Positions 62,390-64,000 of a DNA stretch of 64,000 nt are shown piece after piece. The notes under the pieces were generated by a model that was not told the origin of the DNA, ran no database searches, and was given only the letters and a program-made list of their open reading frames with translations. Origin of the DNA: Candidatus Krumholzibacteriia bacterium. Lineage in GTDB: Bacteria > Krumholzibacteriota > Krumholzibacteriia > LZORAL124-64-63. Every line of letters begins with the position of its first letter. The stretch's first letter is position 1. The translations under genes were made by a program, and so were the position numbers. Where the stretch lies: assembly GCA_963848505.1 (NCBI GenBank), contig CAWKEB010000002.1:845840-909839 (forward strand), in the 5' to 3' direction.

Positions 62390-63412
62390 ATGGTCCGATT
62401 CTTCCTGGAACGCGAGCGGGTCGCAGACCTGGTCGCCCATCTCATGGAGCGCCGGCCGGTCTACGCGCCGCACCGCAAGGGACGGCGGTCCTTCGCCTTC
62501 GCCGAGACCGCCGATCCGGCGGCGGTGGTCCTGGACTATCCGCGCACGCTGCACTCGCCCAAGAAGTTCTTCCTGCCCCCGCGGGAGGAGTTGCTGGCCT
62601 TCGATCTGACCGACCAGTCGTTCGCCGCCGCCGAGGTGCAGCCGCTGGACGCCGTGTTCTTCGGGGTCCACTCCTATGACCTGGCCGCGATCCGCCGCCT
62701 CGACCACAACTTCAGCGCCGGCAACCCCGAGCGGAACTACCTGGTCCGCCGCCAGGGCGCGCTCTTCGTGGGCGTGTCCTTCGAGCCGGACAAGTTCCAC
62801 TTCTCCGGTTCGGTGGGCAGCGAGCCCGACGACACCACCGGCTGCGACCTGTTCCTGTCCAAGCTGCTGGACGGCTACGTGCTGGAGGTGCTGACGCCCG
62901 CGGGCCGCGAGCTGCTGGCGGGCTTCGAACTGCCGCCGTACGAGGGGCACGAGCCGCCGGCCCACCCCTTCCACCAGCACATCTACGTGCCCCAGTCGCG
63001 GCTGGGCCGGATCATGGACAAGAGCTACGACCACGCGGTGTGGGCCGAGGCCTCGCGCGACTGCGTCGGTTGCGGGACCTGCAATCTGGTCTGCCCCACC
63101 TGCTACTGCTTCGACGTGACCGAGAACGTGGACATCACCGTCACCCGCGGCAACCGCGAGCGGACCTGGGACGGCTGCATGCTGCGCGGCTTCAGCGAGG
63201 TCGCCGGCGGCGAGGTCTTCCGCGAGCACCTGCCGGCCCGCCAGCGGCACCGGGTGCTGCGCAAGTTCAAGTACCTGAGCGACGAGACCGGCCAGCCCTG
63301 GTGCGTGGGCTGCGGGCGCTGCACGGCGGCCTGCACCGCCGGCATCAGCATCGTCAACATCGTCAACCGGCTGGTCGGCGACGCGGAGCGGACGCCGGTC
63401 GCACCCATCTAG
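62390..63412 (+). CDS. Iron-sulfur beta subunit of a sulfhydrogenase / group-3 NAD(P)-linked hydrogenase or anaerobic sulfite reductase (HydB/AsrA-like).
   Basis: Seen in sequence: CVGCGTCNLVCPTCYC and CVGCGRCTAACTAG clusters. RBS gaggggtgg before ATG 62390. Confidence 0.65.
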   Translation: MVRFFLERERVADLVAHLMERRPVYAPHRKGRRSFAFAETADPAAVVLDYPRTLHSPKKFFLPPREELLAFDLTDQSFAAAEVQPLDAVFFGVHSYDLAAIRRLDHNFSAGNPERNYLVRRQGALFVGVSFEPDKFHFSGSVGSEPDDTTGCDLFLSKLLDGYVLEVLTPAGRELLAGFELPPYEGHEPPAHPFHQHIYVPQSRLGRIMDKSYDHAVWAEASRDCVGCGTCNLVCPTCYCFDVTENVDITVTRGNRERTWDGCMLRGFSEVAGGEVFREHLPARQRHRVLRKFKYLSDETGQPWCVGCGRCTAACTAGISIVNIVNRLVGDAERTPVAPI

Positions 63413-63452
63413 ACGGGCGGCGGCCGCCCGCGGCCCGCCACGGGAGTGGAGC

Positions 63453-64000
63453 ATGAACCTGCAAGCACTGAAGACCCCCTCTGCGGCGCAGGACCTGTAC
63501 CTGCCCCGGCTGGCGGAGATCACCGCGATCCGCAAGCTGACCCCGCTGGAGACCCTCTACACGGTGCGCCTGCCCGGGGGCGCCGAGTTGGGCCACCAGC
63601 CGGGACAGTTCGTCGAGGTCTCGATCTTCGGCGTCGGCGAGGCGCCGTTCTCCATCTCGTCGTCGCCTGCCCGGCGCGGGGAGTTCGAGCTGGGCATCCG
63701 CAGGGTCGGCATGCTGACCGAGGTGCTGGCCGGCTACCGGGTCGGACAGAAGATCGGCATCCGCGGTCCCTTCGGCACGGCATCCCGCTCGACGGCTTCG
63801 CCGGGCGCGACGTGCTGATCGTCGCCGGCGGCATCGGCCTGGTGCCCATGCGCTCGATGATCAACCACGTGCTGGCCCACCCCGGCGATTACGGGCGCCT
63901 GATCATCTGCTACGGCAGCCGCAGCGACCGCGAGCTGCTCTTCACCGACGAGATGGAGCAGTGGCGCGCCAATCCCCGGGTCGACTTCCACGTGACGGTG
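63453..64000 (+). CDS. FAD/NAD(P)-binding gamma subunit (HydG/AsrB-like oxidoreductase), partial (window end). One apparent frameshift near 63785.
   Basis: Seen in sequence: RKLTPLETLYTVRLPGG...GQFVEVSIFGVGEAPFSISS...GIRGPFG. The protein continues in another frame (IPLDGFAGRDVLIVAGGIGLVPMRSM...). Confidence 0.6.

Overview
High-GC (roughly 68-70%) bacterial chromosomal window with no rRNA, tRNA, CRISPR array or recognisable IS/transposase. Three consecutive secreted proteins (170-13066) end in Por/T9SS C-terminal sorting domains, which suggests (inference) a T9SS-bearing lineage such as an FCB-group or Gemmatimonadota-like organism. Contents from 5' to 3': (1) 170-13066, a surface-protein locus: a ~2,880-aa giant protein interrupted by three frameshifts, a 1,077-aa cadherin/Ig-repeat protein and a 270-aa small protein, all carrying cohesin-like modules (the two large proteins also carry dockerin-like modules) plus T9SS CTDs; (2) clpB and a lipoprotein; (3) a CzcCBA-type heavy-metal RND efflux operon preceded by a small Cys-rich secreted ORF; (4) envelope and transport genes: a HAD hydrolase, a large polytopic membrane protein with a TPR partner, DUF4212 with a Na+/solute symporter, NfeD-flotillin, a CPBP protease, two NAD-epimerases, a PAP2 phosphatase and an alpha/beta hydrolase; (5) divergent katG / Fur-family regulator; (6) a cNMP-CBS-DUF294 sensor, a GNAT acetyltransferase, a second SSS transporter, a DUF2807 protein and an NhaC antiporter; (7) a ~17-kb hydrogen-metabolism island. 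The island runs rex, then an Hnd/bifurcating-type [FeFe]-hydrogenase (hndA, hndC, hydA) that is densely frameshifted, then a HydS-like sensory hydrogenase fused to a histidine kinase, a REC and a REC-HK hybrid, intact maturases hydG and hydF, a Ni/Co ECF transporter (CbiN-like, cbiM, cbiQ, cbiO) with nikR, hydE on the minus strand, and beta/gamma subunits of a group-3-type NAD(P)-linked hydrogenase or sulfhydrogenase (window ends inside gamma). Start coordinates were set by hand from RBS and start-codon context where the ORF track over-extends.
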